A DNA stretch of 64,000 nucleotides, taken from NCBI GenBank assembly GCA_963665815.1, contig OY762463.1, positions 480,001 to 544,000 on the forward strand, read 5' to 3'. The stretch is from Candidatus Cloacimonadales bacterium. GTDB taxonomy: Bacteria > Cloacimonadota > Cloacimonadia > Cloacimonadales > JAIOQZ01. Every line of letters starts with the position of its first letter. Position 1 is the stretch's first letter. Position numbers and translations under genes: made by a program. Shown here in pieces: positions 21,879 to 31,839 of the stretch. The notes under the pieces were generated by a model. That model ran no database searches. It was given only the letters and a program-made list of their open reading frames with translations, and was not told the DNA's origin.

Positions 21879-22133
21879 AACACAATAAATATTTAACTTA
21901 TAAAATTAGAAGTTCTAATGATAAAACTTAAATATGTATAAGATTTCAAATTATTTATGGATTTCATGTAACATCAATTGATGAACTGCAATCAGAAAAC
22001 ACTATCTGGGCTATTGAGAAGAAAAAGAAGATAATTCAGACGGTTTTTTAGATATTGTATCACTTTGTATCTTTAAGTTCATCAGATAATACTTGACCAT
22101 TATAAATGCGTTATCAGTCTCGCGAAATACAAA

Positions 22134-24098
22134 ATGAAAGGATTGTTGATGAGACTGAGAGATTATATATTTGATGTTATTCCCAAGGGAATTACTTATG
22201 AGAGAGCAAGAAGAGGAATAGGGAAACCTGCAAATCCACTTACAATAACACATTCTGTAACTGCTGCCTGCAGGAGCTTATGTAAAACATGTAACATAGG
22301 TAGAGTGTATCTTGAAAATCCCGATATTGCTAAGAACGATCTTTCTATAGAAGAAGTAGAGAAAGTATTCAAGTCTCTTGGACCGATATATTTCTTTAAT
22401 GTCTCCGGTGGTGAGCCTTTCATGAGAATGGATCTCGCTGAAATTCTCAAACTGGCTTTTATCTATCTAAAGCCTAAGCTGATAAGTATTCCAACTAATT
22501 CCCTTGCTCCTAAATCAATCGAAAAAACTACTCTTAAGATTCTGGAATATATGGATATTTATCTCCCAAAGCATGTACCACTAAGTATAAAACCTTCTAT
22601 TGATGGTGTGGGAGAAGTTCATGATTTTATCAGAGGTATAAAAGGGAATTTTGTTAAACTTGAGGAAACTATAGACAGACTGTTGGCTATCAGGAAAAAA
22701 AATCCAAGGTTACATGTTGATCTGGGTTCGGTACTGTCTAACTACAATATCAATCACATTGATGAACTTGAGGAATGGGTACATAAGCGCGGAATAGAGT
22801 CTTATCGACATGAAATAGCGGAACAGAGAGTGGAGTTTCATAATATTGGTGATCCGATAACTCCTTCAGCAAAAGTATATACTCAATTGACCAGGAAGTT
22901 CTCTGATGAGATAATTAAAAATATAAAAGATAAAGCATTCCATACAAAGATAACAGAGTCTATCAGACTGGCATATTATGATGTTGCCTGCAAGATCCTT
23001 GAATTCAAGAAACAGGTAACTCCCTGCTATGGCGGCACTGCAAATATTCATCTGAATTTCGATGGAGAGATGTGGCCATGTTGTATTCTGGGTGGAGACC
23101 AGTCCATGGGCAATGTAAGAGATTGGAATTATGATGTACAAGCCTTGCTGGGATCTCCTAAAGCTAAGGATGTTATCAAATATATAGCTGATGGTAATTG
23201 TGCCTGTCCGCTCGCCAGTCAATGGCTCAACAATGTTCTACTTACTCCGGAACACATGCTTAATGTCTTCAAATACCTTCTGATCAAGTTTCCCTTCTCA
23301 CAATTTCATAAAACATACTCAGACGGATCAAAAATAATTCCTGAAACTATTGTGCAGTCAAAAGCCGGTAAACTGAGCAAACCGAGAAAACTGACTGATG
23401 CAGACCTCAATACTGATGAAAAAGATTTCACTGAAGCTAAATCTGTTGAAGTAAGTAAACCTTTCAAAGTCTTGAGTGTAAAAGATATCTCAGAGAAGAG
23501 TTATGTTCTGCGTATCGAAAGACATGGTTTGGATTTTATTCCGGGGCAGTACTTCATCATTGGAAGAAAAGGAGCAGACACTGCTCGCGAATATACAGTG
23601 TATTCTTCTGTAAACGATGATTATCTGGAATTCATGATAACTAAGATTAAAGATGGTATTGTTTCCAATGATCTGGCAAACTGTGAAACGGGAGAAGAAT
23701 TGAATGTGGAAGGACCCTTGGGTTATTTCGAGCTGGATAATGATCCTGAATTCAATGGAAAGCATATATTTATTGCAACGGGTTCAGGTATTGCTCCTTT
23801 CAGATCGATAGTCCTGAGTAATCCTGATTTAGACTATGAGATAATCCACGGAGCAAGACATTTGCATGATTGCTATAACAGGGAAGACTACGATTCAAAC
23901 AAATACACTTCCTGTATTACGCGTGAGGATACCGGTGATTTTAAAGGGCGTGTAACAGATTATCTGAAACAGAATCCCGTTGATCCAGAAGATATGTTCT
24001 ATATATGCGGTAACACGGAAATGCTGTATGAAGTTTACGATATACTCATTTCTCAGGGAGTTGTCAGAGAATCAGTGAGAGTGGAAGTATTTTATTAA
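22134..24098 (+). CDS. Radical SAM/SPASM protein fused to a ferredoxin-NADP reductase-like FAD/NAD(P) module
   Basis: CRSLCKTC, SGGEP, SIDG, PCYGG...WPCC...CACP; C-terminal FIPGQY, REYTVYS, G.VS, GPLG, IATGSGIAPF, YICGN. Confidence 0.9.
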   Translation: MKGLLMRLRDYIFDVIPKGITYERARRGIGKPANPLTITHSVTAACRSLCKTCNIGRVYLENPDIAKNDLSIEEVEKVFKSLGPIYFFNVSGGEPFMRMDLAEILKLAFIYLKPKLISIPTNSLAPKSIEKTTLKILEYMDIYLPKHVPLSIKPSIDGVGEVHDFIRGIKGNFVKLEETIDRLLAIRKKNPRLHVDLGSVLSNYNINHIDELEEWVHKRGIESYRHEIAEQRVEFHNIGDPITPSAKVYTQLTRKFSDEIIKNIKDKAFHTKITESIRLAYYDVACKILEFKKQVTPCYGGTANIHLNFDGEMWPCCILGGDQSMGNVRDWNYDVQALLGSPKAKDVIKYIADGNCACPLASQWLNNVLLTPEHMLNVFKYLLIKFPFSQFHKTYSDGSKIIPETIVQSKAGKLSKPRKLTDADLNTDEKDFTEAKSVEVSKPFKVLSVKDISEKSYVLRIERHGLDFIPGQYFIIGRKGADTAREYTVYSSVNDDYLEFMITKIKDGIVSNDLANCETGEELNVEGPLGYFELDNDPEFNGKHIFIATGSGIAPFRSIVLSNPDLDYEIIHGARHLHDCYNREDYDSNKYTSCITREDTGDFKGRVTDYLKQNPVDPEDMFYICGNTEMLYEVYDILISQGVVRESVRVEVFY

Positions 24099-24102
24099 AT
24101 GT

Positions 24103-25167
24103 TCATAACTTCTCAATCTCAAACACATAGATTGATCCTGAAATTACCAGTAATCTGTTTGAAGTGCTGTCATAAATTATACTGCATGTTTCATCCGGTA
24201 TATAATCCTGAAATTCGTATTGAAGAATAACATTACCTGAATCATCATAACCTGTAAGAATATTAGTTAGTTCGGATTTTTCTGCCAGCTCTTCCCAGCC
24301 GGTGAGTGACATGGTTACCAGCATGTTCAATTCTTTGATATATTCAATATCCTTATATGCGAATAATCCCCATATTTTCCTGTCGTTTTGGAAGACCTTA
24401 AACTCCGGGACAGGAAGTTTCGTTTTTGCCAATGTTTTAGATACAAACGATTTTTCATAGGTTTTGCTTGAAAACTTGTGAATGGTAAAATCTGGATATT
24501 TTCGAACGAGATAGATGTTTCCTTTATCATCAAATTCTGTAATCAGATTCTTTGAAAGCATATCTGACAAATTGTTGCTATGAGTTTCTTTTATCACAAA
24601 AAGCGTTTCGAATGATTTATCAGTACAATTGTAAATATACCCCATTTGATTTCCAGTCATACCATCATAAGTATTGATCGCAATATCAGAACCGAAGAAA
24701 CTAAGCTTTGAGGGTCTGAATTCAGTTTTAATTGTCTCAATTGATTTAAATTCTTTATTGTAAAGATTGATCCTGTTGTTATTGCCGTCAGAAACATATA
24801 TTTTATTTTTCTGTAACTGCATGTCCATTATGAATGAGATTTCTCCAGGACCTTTTCCGGAAGTAAGGAAGTACTCATCAATTGGTGTCATATTCTTATC
24901 AAGTTTTGACAAATCGAAAGATAAAACAATCTTTTCATAAGCAGAGTAGAGGAAAAGTTTGTTGTTACAGATATAGCCATTTCTGAAGTAAGCATTTTCA
25001 GACTGTCCATCACTGTTATAGCAATCAATTTTTGCTTTTTGTTTCAAATTATAAAGAATATTTTCCCTTGAGACATCAATTTTGACTTTACTGAAGTCAA
25101 ATAAGTCTGTTTCAGCTTGAATAGCAAATACTGATACTATTATTAAGATTAAGATAACAGTTCTCAT
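24103..25167 (-). CDS. Exported 6-bladed beta-propeller (NHL-like) protein
   Basis: Signal peptide; GKGPGEI, IYVSD.NNNRI, DDKGNIYL. Confidence 0.7.
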   Translation of the reverse strand: MRTVILILIIVSVFAIQAETDLFDFSKVKIDVSRENILYNLKQKAKIDCYNSDGQSENAYFRNGYICNNKLFLYSAYEKIVLSFDLSKLDKNMTPIDEYFLTSGKGPGEISFIMDMQLQKNKIYVSDGNNNRINLYNKEFKSIETIKTEFRPSKLSFFGSDIAINTYDGMTGNQMGYIYNCTDKSFETLFVIKETHSNNLSDMLSKNLITEFDDKGNIYLVRKYPDFTIHKFSSKTYEKSFVSKTLAKTKLPVPEFKVFQNDRKIWGLFAYKDIEYIKELNMLVTMSLTGWEELAEKSELTNILTGYDDSGNVILQYEFQDYIPDETCSIIYDSTSNRLLVISGSIYVFEIEKL

Positions 25168-25637
25168 ATACTCCTCCTAAAGAAAAAAAAGCAAATCTTA
25201 TAGTTTAGTCAATTTATATTTTGCAGTGAAGATTGAGCAAGATGAAAGAAAACAAAGATAAGTCGATTAACATGAAATTGCAAATGCTGTCGTTAATGGC
25301 TGAACGGGAAAGAAATTAAGAGATTTCCACTTTAAAATTCAATATTTTTTGGTGGGGTATCCACTCTGTAAGGAATAGCTTTAACGCAGCCTTCTTTTTT
25401 AAAGATTAATCGGTGTATTCACACTTAATGAAAAATCTGTTTAAAACTGCTTTGGAGTTGTCTGGTCAGTACTATTGATTAGTTTTTCATTTTCAGTTTA
25501 CAGAAAATCCTTAAAACACATAATACACAAGCATTAATGATTATCTGCTGTTTAACTTATTTATGTACTTCATTTAATAATAACTCTTGACTATAAGAAG
25601 CCCTGAGAAACCTGTATCCTCAAAAGGAAGAAATACA

Positions 25638-27071
25638 ATGAATAAAGGTACAAAAGATTTAACAAAGGGAAACATTCTTAAGGCTCTGGTCAGTCTGTCT
25701 ATTCCTATTGTAGGAACATCTTTTGTACAGATGGCATATAATCTTATTGATTTGATATGGATTGGAAGACTCGGAAGCAATTCTGTTGCAGCTGTAGGAA
25801 CTGTTGGCTTTTACACCTGGCTCGGTTTTGGTATAATACTAGTTACCAAAGTTGGGGCAGAAGTAGGTGTTTCTCAATCAGCAGGAAGAAAAAATCTTGC
25901 TGAAGAAAAGGAGTTTGCCCGAAATTCTCTGCAGTTTAATATAACAACTTCGTTAATTTATGCAGCAATGATGCTCTTGTTCTCAGGATTACTTGTTTCT
26001 GTATTCAATATCAAAGACAAAACTGTTGTTTCAATGGCAATCAGATATATGAAGATTATTGCATTCGGAATTCCGTTTTTCTTTATAAATCCAATCTTTT
26101 CCGGTATCATGAACGGTAGGGGAGATAGTCGAACTCCATTTCTTATAAATGCCACCGGATTAGTTCTGAATATATTACTGGATCCTTTAATGATCTTCGG
26201 ATATGGAATCGTTCCTGCACTTGGTGTAAGAGGGGCTGCAATAGCAACAGTATTTTCTCAGTTCAGTGTAACAATGATTTTCGTTTATATCTTCTTTGTA
26301 AGAAATAGAGTATACAGAAAATTTACATTGCTCCGAAAACCTGATTTGGGATACTTCAAACGCATTGCTTCTGTTGGAAGTCCAATAGGCCTTCAATCTG
26401 CCATGTTTACTATATTTGCTATGATTATTGCAAGGTTGATTGCAAAATGGGGAGCAGTTCCGATTGCAGCTCAGAAGATCGGATCTCAGATTGAAGCTAT
26501 TTCATGGATGACAGCAAGCGGTTTCTCTTCGGCTATGTCAGCTTTTGTAGGTCAGAATTTCGGGGCAGACAAATGGGATAGAATAAAGCGTGGTTACTGG
26601 ACAGGAATGGGGGCGATTTCCGGATTAGGATTCATTGCAACGATTTTGTTTGTTGTTTTCCCTGAGCCAATTTTCCGCTTTTTTATTCAAGATCCGGAGA
26701 CAATAAAGTGTGGAGCTGTTTACTTGAGAATACTGGGATATTCTCAGATTTTCATGAGTCTTGAAATTGCTTCAACTGGTGCTTATAATGGACTTGGGAA
26801 AACTATTCCACCTTCTGTTATTACAATTGTCTTTACAGGTTTGAGAATTCCAGCTGCCTATATTTTATCGGCTGAAGATATTCTTGGATTGAATGGAATC
26901 TGGTGGTCTATAAGTATGACTACTGTGCTTAAAGGTACATTATTACTGCTATTCTTCAGCGTATATCTGAAACAGCATCCTGAAAAATGTCCAGACCATT
27001 GGATTAAACAGTTCATTTTCCGGCAGGAATGCAAAGCTTTACGAGACAAGAGATCAATCACAGGTAAATAA
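25638..27071 (+). CDS. MATE family efflux transporter
   Basis: DLTKGNI...YNLIDLIWIGRLG, LNILLDPLMIFG, GV.GAAIAT, VGQNFGA. Confidence 0.93.
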   Translation: MNKGTKDLTKGNILKALVSLSIPIVGTSFVQMAYNLIDLIWIGRLGSNSVAAVGTVGFYTWLGFGIILVTKVGAEVGVSQSAGRKNLAEEKEFARNSLQFNITTSLIYAAMMLLFSGLLVSVFNIKDKTVVSMAIRYMKIIAFGIPFFFINPIFSGIMNGRGDSRTPFLINATGLVLNILLDPLMIFGYGIVPALGVRGAAIATVFSQFSVTMIFVYIFFVRNRVYRKFTLLRKPDLGYFKRIASVGSPIGLQSAMFTIFAMIIARLIAKWGAVPIAAQKIGSQIEAISWMTASGFSSAMSAFVGQNFGADKWDRIKRGYWTGMGAISGLGFIATILFVVFPEPIFRFFIQDPETIKCGAVYLRILGYSQIFMSLEIASTGAYNGLGKTIPPSVITIVFTGLRIPAAYILSAEDILGLNGIWWSISMTTVLKGTLLLLFFSVYLKQHPEKCPDHWIKQFIFRQECKALRDKRSITGK

Positions 27072-27132
27072 AGAATAATGAAAAGAAAAAGCCCATAAGT
27101 CAGCACCTACAGGCTCTATACAACTCATTATT

Positions 27133-28497
27133 CTACATCTGCTTCAGTATTTCTTCCACAGCTTTCACAATCAGGTTATGGGCCGGATAGAATGATTGAT
27201 ACGGTTGAGAACTGTATGAAAAGTTAACAAGATCTTTCAGTTTTATTTTATATTGAACTGCCATGGTTATTTGATCAACTTTATCTGCAACGGGAACTCC
27301 ACTAACCACTTGGCCGCCAATAATGGTCTGAGTGTGTTTGTCAGCAATCAGTTTTACTTTTACTTTTTTGGCAAAAGGCATGATTGGGAATGCTGTAGTG
27401 AACTCAGCGTATCCTGTAACGATGTCAAAGTGCGACTCAGCCTTCTTAGCAGTAAATCCGGTACTGCCCACATAATAACCTTCAACTTTTGTCGCTGCTC
27501 CATTGTAGAAGCCCGGATAATCTTCGTTTCCTCCTAAAAGATTCTTTGCTAAAACTCTCCCCATTGGTACTGCATTAGTAGCAAGTTTTCCGGAAATTAT
27601 TCCACCTGTGATTCCGCTTGTAAACTGGCAGCAATCACCTACAGCATATATATCCGGTATATTAGTTTCCATTTTACTGTTAACTATTATTCCGTCTTTG
27701 CCTATATCAAGTTCTGTTTCCTCATACATGTCTATTGAGGGGCTCATGCCAACGGCAAAGACGACCAAACTAATCAGGGAAGGTTTATCTCCAATACTGC
27801 AATTATCAATATCATTCAAATGTATTGCCTGATTGTTATCGAGTAATACCTTCTCTGCATATTCTACACCTTCCAGTTTGATAACTCTGCTCTTGAGGTG
27901 AAGATTGATCCCTGATTTAACTAACTCTTCCTGTGCTTCTTCAATCATTTCATAATCAATCATATTAGGTAGGATATGATCTGCCATGTCAATCAAGTGT
28001 GTTTCAATATTTCTTGAATTCAGAGCTTGAGCTAATTCTATTCCAATAGCTCCTGCACCGACAACAACGGCTTTAGTTAATCCATTTTCTGCTAACTTCA
28101 TGATGTTGTTAAGATCGTTTTCGGTCTTGAAAGTCATTACATTTTTCAAATCGACTCCGGGAACAGGAGGAACTACAGGGGTTGCTCCTGTAGCAATTAC
28201 TAGTTTATTATAACTGAATTTGTTACCTGAAGCAGTCAAAACACTCTTTTCATTAAAATCAGTATTAACAACCGCATCTCTGATCAGCTCTGCACCGGTT
28301 TCAGTAACAATAACATCTTTTTTAAGTGTTTTATCGAAGGGAAGTAACCCTTCAATAGCATAAGGCATTGCACAATAGATCATAGAGTGATCTTCCGGGC
28401 GGATTATCCCAATCTTCATTTTACCTTTCAGATTCTTAGCTATTGTTATTGCAGCAGGTCCACCACCTATAATCAGTAATTCAAAATGCGTTTTCAT
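27133..28497 (-). CDS. NADH oxidase / CoA-disulfide reductase family flavoprotein
   Basis: GGGPAA, YCAMPY redox Cys, IATGA, VVGAGAIGIE, IYAVGDC. Confidence 0.9.
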   Translation of the reverse strand: MKTHFELLIIGGGPAAITIAKNLKGKMKIGIIRPEDHSMIYCAMPYAIEGLLPFDKTLKKDVIVTETGAELIRDAVVNTDFNEKSVLTASGNKFSYNKLVIATGATPVVPPVPGVDLKNVMTFKTENDLNNIMKLAENGLTKAVVVGAGAIGIELAQALNSRNIETHLIDMADHILPNMIDYEMIEEAQEELVKSGINLHLKSRVIKLEGVEYAEKVLLDNNQAIHLNDIDNCSIGDKPSLISLVVFAVGMSPSIDMYEETELDIGKDGIIVNSKMETNIPDIYAVGDCCQFTSGITGGIISGKLATNAVPMGRVLAKNLLGGNEDYPGFYNGAATKVEGYYVGSTGFTAKKAESHFDIVTGYAEFTTAFPIMPFAKKVKVKLIADKHTQTIIGGQVVSGVPVADKVDQITMAVQYKIKLKDLVNFSYSSQPYQSFYPAHNLIVKAVEEILKQM

Positions 28498-28898
28498 TTT
28501 ATCTCCTTCATTAATTAATATTAAATTATAAATTTAACGTTATAAAACATAAACCCTATTAAGAGTTTATGGGTGAAACAAAGTTCATTCAGAATTGACT
28601 TTCTGGCAAGCTTTAAATCATTTAAATATGAATAGTATGCTTAAAGAGTAAGAGTTTTGAGAAATTTATTATGAAAAAGCCTATCTGGGAATTCATTGGT
28701 AAGCCCGAATAACAGGTTATAATGATAATACATAAATGAAGATGTGAATTACTCAGATAATTCGATATTTTCTTGTTAAGCAATTATTAAACATATTTTA
28801 TAAAATATGTAAGAAAATTTTTCAATTAACTTTGTTTTTACAAAAAAAATGATATATTTTCTTCGCAAGAGATAAAATATTCTTACATTGGAGGATTT

Positions 28899-30443
28899 AT
28901 GACAAAGAAAAGTACGATTGTGCTGATAATCTTTTTTTTGTTTCTAATGTCGGCATGTAAAGATGATGATACTAACCCAACGGGTCTAAGTGATGAAGAA
29001 GAACTGTTTAAGGCAAACGAAATTGCAATGCAGGGAATTCAGCTTTTGAATGACGAACTGGTTAACATCGAAGAAATTAGTGATAATCCAACAGAAGGGA
29101 ATGACATATTTTCAGAGTCAACATACAACATAATTAAAGCTAAGTTTGAAGCAGCTTTGCAAATTGATGATGATAATCCGATGGCACATCTTGGAATGGC
29201 TGTTCTGGAAGTTGCCAGTGTAAATTATGATGCAGAATTCTGGGATTTCTATAATGATCTTAATGTAGAATTTGACCTTATGGCTGATGATACGAATAGT
29301 CTCATGCACAAAGGCTTTGGATTAATTGCTGATGCATCGGAAATAAATGTCAGTAATCTAATGAATGTAACTGAAAGAGAAGACTTGATCACCATGAGTA
29401 GGTTCCAGAATCTTATTGATTCTAATTTACAGCCAAAACTTGATAGTGCTGTTTCTCATCTTGTATATGCTGTGAGTTTAGCAGATTCAAACAATATAAG
29501 TTTGGATAATGGTGAAGAAATCGTAGAGATTGACTGTGGTGAAATATACATGTTAACTGCCTGCGTCAGAGCTTTTTCCACTGCATTTGAGATGATGGTG
29601 ATGTATGATAATGATGTGATTGACCAAGATGGTGGATATGACTGGATTCATGAAATGGAAGATATGGATGATGATCAGTATTGGCAGGATTACTCTGTGA
29701 GTAATGATACTCTTTACATGAACACATATAGAAAAATGGATGTATCTGATTCTTTGCTTTTCTCTGTCTTGAAGTACAATCTGAATCGAAATGCATTTAT
29801 GAAGATTCGTTCAGGTAAGGATCCTGCTGTTATCAGAACAAAGTTTCTCAGTATAATTTCAGATATGGAAGCTGCAAAGAACTATATTGAGGCTGAGACT
29901 GACAATCAGGATGATGATCTTATTAAACTGTCTGATATTATCAACATTAATGATGATATTAGCGACGTTGATCCTGAGGATCCTCAATTTATGCAGGACT
30001 GGCATGATTTGCAGGATGTTTTTGATTGGGTCAGAGATGTAATGGATAACTCTTTCTCAATTACTGAAAACGGTGAAACCTTTGAAATCAATATTTCTGC
30101 ATTTTATTCCGGAGCAATGAATGATATGAAATTGTTTTTGCCCCTGCATGAATGGAAAGCAGAGAATGAATGGCTGGAGCGTCATCTTGATTGGGATTGG
30201 GAATATTTAAATCCCAATGGAGATCAAACTTATGATTTTGAAATGAATGGAGAATCTGTACATTTAACAGGAATATTAATGATAGTCGAAAGAGAATTTG
30301 AAGATGAATTTGTACCTATGAACTTTGTTGATAATATTGGTAATAAGATATCAGATGATGTAATGCCTTATTTCCCGGATTATACTTTTGGAGGCCTATT
30401 TCCGGATATGACACGAAGTAAAATGGAAATGATAACCGAATAA
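28899..30443 (+). CDS. Acidic lipoprotein of unknown function
   Basis: Lipobox MSAC; very D/E-rich; RBS GGAGG. Confidence 0.7.
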   Translation: MTKKSTIVLIIFFLFLMSACKDDDTNPTGLSDEEELFKANEIAMQGIQLLNDELVNIEEISDNPTEGNDIFSESTYNIIKAKFEAALQIDDDNPMAHLGMAVLEVASVNYDAEFWDFYNDLNVEFDLMADDTNSLMHKGFGLIADASEINVSNLMNVTEREDLITMSRFQNLIDSNLQPKLDSAVSHLVYAVSLADSNNISLDNGEEIVEIDCGEIYMLTACVRAFSTAFEMMVMYDNDVIDQDGGYDWIHEMEDMDDDQYWQDYSVSNDTLYMNTYRKMDVSDSLLFSVLKYNLNRNAFMKIRSGKDPAVIRTKFLSIISDMEAAKNYIEAETDNQDDDLIKLSDIININDDISDVDPEDPQFMQDWHDLQDVFDWVRDVMDNSFSITENGETFEINISAFYSGAMNDMKLFLPLHEWKAENEWLERHLDWDWEYLNPNGDQTYDFEMNGESVHLTGILMIVEREFEDEFVPMNFVDNIGNKISDDVMPYFPDYTFGGLFPDMTRSKMEMITE

Positions 30444-30467
30444 TTTAATACAGTTAGAGACTGATTA

Positions 30468-31832
30468 ATGTCAGTCTCTTTTTTTATTACTATGAATAAA
30501 ACTATTTTTGCCTTTATGATCTTTCTAATACCATTAAATGCTTTTTCCTATGACTTTATTACTGATAACTTTTTCCCGAAATCATCATCTGAGAATAATT
30601 TTGGATTAGTAAACGATTACAGAAAGCTATATAACTATAAGCATGAAGATGGCAAAAAAAAGAAACTCTATATTCTGAGTAGTTCTTTTAAATATGCTGG
30701 TGAAGTAAAACACTTCAAATATGATATTGAGCTCAGAAACAGAAAAGAAGAATATTATTTCAACAATCTTTCAGAAATCAGAGATAATTTGTCATTCAAT
30801 GCTGATAACACACACATAGCGTGTGTTGTGAGGATGGAAAAGAATGATAAGAATTACAAACTGGGAGGACTATTTTCTGAAAAACCGGGAATTATTGCCG
30901 GATTCTCGAAAAACTGGAATAAGAATGCTCTAAATATTGATTACAAATTAATGTATTCAAAACATCAGTTTGAATATGGTATTCAGTCTGTTAATGACAG
31001 AATGCATTTCAACTGGTACAGATCAGAAGCAAATATAGATTTCAAACTTGAAAAGCATGTTTTTTTTACATCGCTCACAACCTACTTGCCAGATAATCAG
31101 AATGACAATTTCACTTACGAAATAAAAGGATACGAACTCAGATACGGATATCAATACAATACTGCGGAGTTGCTGAAAATATCATCATGTTTACTTCATA
31201 AAAGAATTTCTGTAGATTTATTCAGCTCAGGCAATAAATATGCACATCTCGACAATTTCAGACTATCTAAAATAAATATAGAAGTAGAATACTTCAAGCA
31301 TGATAACGTTGTCTATGCAATAGGAATGAATTATTACAAAACAAGAATAGGGGAGGAGTCTTTCTTTGATATCTGGCCATTTACTTTCTGGGATGTTTTC
31401 ATGTGCTCCAGAACAAGATTAAAAAAAATGGATGTTGATGTTTTTATACCGCACGCAGGTTTTAGCAGGGAGTTGACTCATGAAATATCAGGTTTTGTTT
31501 TTAATCATACTTTCAGCAGTTTTTACAATCATTTATTCGTCAATTATGATATTATCTACAAAGAACGATATTTTGTGCTGTACCCGATTATAACAGCATA
31601 TAGGACAAAGGAATTCAAGTTCAGTAAAATACCAGATGGTGTTGTGGATGTAAAGTATAAGCTGAGTGTAAATCATAAGAAACTTACTTTCAATATTTAT
31701 TTTGCACAACTTGTGCCTGTTGATTTCAGTTCCCTGAAAGATATAAAAGATGATTCAGATATTTCCAACTCAGGAAAATCGAAAACATGGGGAGGATTTA
31801 GTGCAGGGTTGATCATGAGTTATAATTTATAG
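30468..31832 (+). CDS. Putative outer-membrane beta-barrel protein
   Basis: Signal peptide; aromatic-rich alternating strands; C-terminal GLIMSYNL. Confidence 0.55.
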   Translation: MSVSFFITMNKTIFAFMIFLIPLNAFSYDFITDNFFPKSSSENNFGLVNDYRKLYNYKHEDGKKKKLYILSSSFKYAGEVKHFKYDIELRNRKEEYYFNNLSEIRDNLSFNADNTHIACVVRMEKNDKNYKLGGLFSEKPGIIAGFSKNWNKNALNIDYKLMYSKHQFEYGIQSVNDRMHFNWYRSEANIDFKLEKHVFFTSLTTYLPDNQNDNFTYEIKGYELRYGYQYNTAELLKISSCLLHKRISVDLFSSGNKYAHLDNFRLSKINIEVEYFKHDNVVYAIGMNYYKTRIGEESFFDIWPFTFWDVFMCSRTRLKKMDVDVFIPHAGFSRELTHEISGFVFNHTFSSFYNHLFVNYDIIYKERYFVLYPIITAYRTKEFKFSKIPDGVVDVKYKLSVNHKKLTFNIYFAQLVPVDFSSLKDIKDDSDISNSGKSKTWGGFSAGLIMSYNL

Positions 31833-31839
31833 ATAACTC

